From Octopus sinensis (Eukaryota): a stretch of DNA of 64,000 nucleotides. Made by a program: the position numbers and the translations under genes. The stretch is from positions 10,788,001 through 10,852,000 of the forward strand of contig NC_043023.1 in NCBI RefSeq assembly GCF_006345805.1, read 5' to 3'. The notes beneath the pieces are model-generated. The model was not told the DNA's origin. It saw nothing but the letters and a program-made list of their open reading frames with translations, and did not search any database. This document shows, one piece after another, positions 59,388 through 64,000 of the stretch (position 1 is its first letter; each line of letters begins with the position of its first letter).

Positions 59388-59604
59388 GAATTGCCCTTTG
59401 GTTTTAGGTTTATATGTCTCGGGGACTAACAATAGTTTCAAATTTTGGCACAAGGCCAGCACTTTTTGTTGTTTAACTCAAGTCCATTACAATGACTCCA
59501 AAATTTGATTGGTATTTACTTAAACCCTGAAGGGACAAAGGGTAAAGTTGACCTTGGCGGAATTTGAATCATAATGACTAAATATCACTCAAGCATTTTG
59601 GGCG

Positions 59605-59731
59605 CTACTTAAATACAGAGGTCCCGATGCAACTATGTAACAAGGTTTTTACAGTGCACACAAGTTAGGGTTTAGGGGTAGTTTTAGGGTTAGGGTTACG
59701 TAGATGCATCAGGACCTCTGTATTTGAGTAG
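59605..59731. mobile_element. 127-bp MITE with ~36-bp TIRs and a TTAGGG-like core
   Basis: tacttaaatacagaggtcccgatgcaactatgtaac versus reverse complement of the right end tactcaaatacagaggtcctgatgcatctacgtaac. Confidence 0.7.
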
Positions 59732-60574
59732 TACTGAATTTTGCCTTGTATGCTAATGATTCTTCCACCTAATTGCCTTAATTATGATAAAAATGATTTC
59801 AAATTTTGGCACAAGGCCAGTAATTTAAGGGGTTTAGTACAGGGGCTAATCAATTACATTTACCCTAGTATTCAGCTGGTACTTATTTTATCATCCATCC
59901 GATCATGGCCGTTTGCCAGCCTCGTCTGGCACGTAAAAGGCACCCACTACACTCACAGAGTGGTTGGCACTAGGAAGGGCATCCAGCTGTAGAAACACTG
60001 CCAGATCAGACTGGAGCCTGGTGCAGCCTTCTGGCTTCCCAGACCCCATGCTAGCATGGAAAACGGACGTTAGACGATGATGATGATGGTCCCTTATAGA
60101 AGGAAAAGTGAATTTGACCTCCAGATTTGCAGAATGTAAAGAGAGTCAAAGTGCGACTAAGCATTTTGCCCTGCATGCTAGAAATTCTTCCAGCTTACCG
60201 CCTTCATCATCATCATTTAGCGTCCGTTTTCCATGCTAGCATGGGTTGGACAGTTTAACTGGGGTCTGTGAAGCCAGAAGGCTGCACCAGGCCCAGTCTG
60301 ATCTGGCAGTGTTTCTACGGCTGGATGCCCTTTCTAACGGCAACCACTCCGCGAGTGTAGTGGGTGCTGGCAAAAGGCCACGAATGGATGGTGCTTTTAC
60401 ATGCCACCGGCACGGGGGCCAGGCAAGGCTGGCAACGGACACAAACAGATGGTGCTTTTACGTGCCACCGGCACGGAGGCCAGGCGAGGTACTTATTTGG
60501 TTGAGGAAAAAGTTCATGTGTCAAACTTGTGCTGAATGGCCAGGCCATCAAGACTGAACTTTACTACGAGCAAC

Positions 60575-60969
60575 TTGATTGAATGATAACTAAGTTATAA
60601 TTAAGCTAGAGTTAGGAACATAAATTGTGACTAAGGTTTGGTGGAAGATTTTAATTCAAAACTTGTGAAAACAAAACATTTATACTACAGAACCAGAGGC
60701 AGTTTCAGGCAGGTTGGTATCAAAAGGGTTAATAATTGTTTCTCTATTATATATTTTAACCCTTTCTTTACCGTATTCTGTCGAGATGCTGTGTGTTTCT
60801 TTCAATTAATTTTAAATATAACAAAGAATTTAGTAAAATAACTTCGTTATCATTAAGCTAATGTTAGGAACATAAATTGTGACTAAGGTTTGGTGGAAGA
60901 TTTTAATTCAAAACTTGTGAAAACAAAACATTTATACTACAGAGCCAGAGCTGGTTTCAAAAGGGTTAA
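60575..60969. mobile_element. piggyBac-like MITE dimer, left-truncated, preceded by a short mariner-like fragment (60490-60580)
   Basis: Family sequence; NGQAIKTELYYEQLD resembles mariner GQTIN..LYCQQLD. Confidence 0.65.
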
Positions 60970-61062
60970 AAAGTACCTTAAATATTCACATACACATTCA
61001 TACAGGATATATGCCATATCACTGTCATATCTGTGATAAATTATTCTCTTGAAGTCACAACT
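60966..61062 (+). pseudogene. Orphan ~95-bp zinc-finger fragment matching fingers 5-6 of gene 6
   Basis: ttaaaaagtaccttaaatattcacatacacattcatacaggatatatgccatatcactgtcatatctgtgataaattattctcttgaagtcacaac versus 62276-62372. Confidence 0.85.
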
Positions 61063-61319
61063 ATTATCGTCTAATGCTCTAAAATCATTTCTACTGTTCT
61101 GTAGTTCAACACTTTGATGCTACACATGAAAGGGGTGTAGTTGTAGTCTGTAAGAATGTAGACATCACACAAGGTTGTGCCATAGAGTTTCAATAACAAA
61201 TTTAAAACTAAATTTCTGTTGTTTGGATAAATGTTTATAGCTGCAGCTAATCAGTCTAGTAAAATATAGTAAAATTTTCACTACTGAATCTCATTTTAAG
61301 TATCCTCCATAACTTATGC

Positions 61320-61843
61320 TGTTTCTTTATAATTTCAGGATATCCCATGACATCGTCATTAAGGAATTATAATTTACCTCGGATGTATCCTCAGTATTTA
61401 TCAGCTGTGAAAGATTAAAAGAACATGATATATAGAGTGTTTAAAACAAGAGATATTACATTGAATTTTATAAGCCTGCTATAGAATTTGTTTTAAATAT
61501 TTTCTCTGGACTAAAATTAATTGTTAAATGCCCCTATTTCACCGAGTGGATGTGTACAAGGTGGTTCTGGATTCTAATTGAAATCAGATGACAAAGGAGT
61601 TTGCCCTGGCTGTGGATATTAACAAAGGTTGCTGTTGATGAAAATTTAGCAAAGAAAATATTTGTTTTGAATAAAATATAAAACTCTGCTGATATGAAAA
61701 TATATATTATGATGATAAAATTGAAATTATAGAAAAGCGTTTGTGCGATGACATGCTTAAATGAAAATGAAATTAGATTGATTTTCCTGATGAGATGTCA
61801 AAGCATACTGACAAAAACATTGTAGAGTTGTGATAGCTGTAAA
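61320..61843 (+). promoter_or_regulatory. Splice acceptor (tttcag|61339) and uninterrupted ~505-nt leader of gene 6
   Basis: Contains the shared caaaggagtttgc...gatatt.acaaag...gatga/ggaaat block. Confidence 0.6.
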
Positions 61844-62752
61844 ATGTCAGTTTCTGAAACGGATAAACTCGCGACTGGCGAACTTATTCAGGGAAAAGAT
61901 AAGCCATATTCCTGTGATGTCTGTGGTAAATCATTTTCCAAGACTTTTTATTTAGTTCAACACCAACGCATTCACACAGGAGAGAAGCCATTTGGTTGTG
62001 ATGTTTGTGGTAAATTTTTCTCTGTGAATCATCACTTAACTAAACACAAACGTATTCATACAGGAGAGAAGCCGTATCAATGCGATGTCTGTGGCAAATC
62101 GTTTTCTCAAACTCATCACTTGACCGAACACAAACACATTCATACAGGAGAGAAACCATATCACTGTGAAACCTGTGGTAAATCATTCTCTAAGAGCAGC
62201 AACCTAACTTGTCACATGCGCATTCACGCAGATGAGAAGATATATGAATGCGATATCTGTGGTAAATCATTCACCTTAAAAAGTACCTTAAATATCCACA
62301 TACGCATTCATACAGGATATAAGCCATATCACTGTGATATCTGTGATAAATTATTCTCTCGAAGTCATAACTTAGTCGAACATAAGCGTATTCATACAGG
62401 AGATAAACCCCATTGCTGTGACATCTGTAATAAATCATTTTCTACAAGTAGTAACTTGAGTAAACACAAACAGAGTCATACTGGAGATAAACCATATCAC
62501 TGTGACATCTGCGATAAATCATTTTCTAGGAGTAATAGCTTAAGTAAACACATACGCATCCATACAGGAGAGAAACCACATGGCTGTGACATCTGTGGTA
62601 AATCATTCTCTCAGAAAGGTAATTTGACGAAACACAAACTCACTCATTTGGAAGTAAAACCACATCGCTGTGATATCTGTGGTAAATCATTCTCCGGAGA
62701 TCAGACTTTAATTGAACATAAACAAAGCCATACAGAAGAGAAGACAGATTGA
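61844..62752 (+). CDS. C2H2 zinc-finger protein (gene 6), 10 fingers
   Basis: 302-aa ORF ending TEEKTD* in a mutated linker. Confidence 0.92.
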   Translation: MSVSETDKLATGELIQGKDKPYSCDVCGKSFSKTFYLVQHQRIHTGEKPFGCDVCGKFFSVNHHLTKHKRIHTGEKPYQCDVCGKSFSQTHHLTEHKHIHTGEKPYHCETCGKSFSKSSNLTCHMRIHADEKIYECDICGKSFTLKSTLNIHIRIHTGYKPYHCDICDKLFSRSHNLVEHKRIHTGDKPHCCDICNKSFSTSSNLSKHKQSHTGDKPYHCDICDKSFSRSNSLSKHIRIHTGEKPHGCDICGKSFSQKGNLTKHKLTHLEVKPHRCDICGKSFSGDQTLIEHKQSHTEEKTD

Positions 62753-62900
62753 TGTGACATCTGAGTCAATAATTCCCTTGAAATTTTCATTTAACTAAAC
62801 ACCAACACGTTCGTACGGTGGAGAAGCCATATCAATGTAATGACTGATAAATCCTTCTCTCACAGGAGGCAGTTGCTCGCATGTGTTGTCATACAGAAGA
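62753..62900 (+). pseudogene. Decayed fingers after the gene 6 stop
   Basis: tgtgacatctg...catttaactaaacaccaacacgttcgtacggtggagaagccatatcaatgt...gataaatccttctct. Confidence 0.75.
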
Positions 62901-62956
62901 ATAACAGTGTTAAAATCAAAAGTCATTCCATGAAAGTACTATCTTGTATATTTAAG

Positions 62957-63310
62957 GTGGCAAGCTGGCAGAATCGTTAGCACGCCGGGCGAAATGCTTA
63001 GCGGTATTTCGTCTGCTGTTATGTTGTGAGTTCAAATTCCGCTGAGGTGGACTTTGCCTTTCATCCTTTCGGGGGTCGATAAATTAAGTACCAGTTACGC
63101 ACTGGGGTCGATGTAATCAACTTAATCCCTTTGTCTGGCCTTATTTGTCCCTTCTGTGTTTAGCCCCGTGGTTGTAGTAAAAAATAGGTATTTCGTCTGC
63201 TGTTACATACCAGTTACGCACTGGGGTCGATATAATCAACTTAATCCATTTGTCTGTCCTTGTTTGTCCTCTCTGTGTTTAGCCCATTATGGGTAGTAAA
63301 GAAATAAGTA
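62957..63310 (+). mobile_element. SINE family A with partly duplicated body
   Basis: Head ggcaagctggcagaatcgttagcacgccgggcgaaatgcttagc. Confidence 0.8.
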
Positions 63311-64000
63311 TTACCTTGTATATAACAATGAATGCATTTACACATGAAAGAAGATATGACAGCATGTGAGAACAACCTCCTAACCACAATTATGTATATA
63401 CAAATGCTGGGATTATTCATCATAGAGGATGGCCATTAAGGGGTCAAATCTGTATGGTCTAGTGGTCTTGGCACTAAAAAAATAGGAGTTCTCTCTTTGC
63501 CAGCGTTATATATCAAGTGCAGAGTACACTGAATAACCAGCTGGGGGTAAAATAGCAATATCGTTCATTCCTAGGGGACGTCTGTGTTTAGGTAGTTTTT
63601 TCAAGACTTATACACACCCTGATACCATCGATATCTACATATCAAATTTGAGCGCAATCGGATGGAAGATGCCCAAGATCCTAGAAGACGCACAAACAGA
63701 ACGGATTTTATATAATATATGAGATCTCATGCAAATACCCTATTAACCCATTCGTTACTATATTTCTGACCAAAATACACCCCTCGTGAGTTTCAATTAA
63801 ATTCTAAAATAATCATGAATCTAGGCTTGTTACATTAAATAACTATAATTTTTTTTACTTATCAACATATTAATGTGATATTTAGAACATAATTAAAGAA
63901 TGGGTTTTTAATCAATTCTATTGCATAACTTTTGTCTCAAAGTGACTTTAATTACAGGTAAATTGAGCAAAAGGTAAAAATGTTAAAATTTTGTTTAAAC

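Noticed and set aside
59660-59700. Interstitial telomere or chromosome fusion scar
   Set aside because: Only 2-4 imperfect repeats, always internal to MITEs.

Overview
AT-rich eukaryotic (metazoan) DNA. The tandem C2H2 zinc-finger genes with [16 protein letters not shown] linkers, the (TA)n/(CAT)n microsatellites and the SINE/MITE families point to an octopus-type cephalopod ZNF cluster (inference). Seven genes alternate strictly in strand (+ - + - + - +): six single-coding-exon C2H2 arrays (12, 16, 16, 12, 7 and 10 fingers) and, in the third minus-strand slot, an intact 288-aa Merlin/IS1595-family DDE transposase ORF. That ORF has no visible TIRs and sits behind the same splice acceptor and 5' leader as the plus-strand ZNF genes, which suggests capture or domestication. 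Five arrays end in decayed fingers after a MITE, SINE, nonsense or frameshift lesion. The two minus-strand paralogs have turned finger DNA into new tandem repeats: a ~46-unit 83/71-bp non-coding satellite, and a ~21-copy 11-aa protein repeat derived from the finger linker. Two minimal type I hammerhead ribozyme motifs flank ZNF gene 3. The remainder is dense TE debris (SINEs, RTE, CR1, Tx1, Penelope, Tc1/mariner, piggyBac-like, Helitron-like and Merlin-like MITEs). Everything was read by eye; no searches were run.
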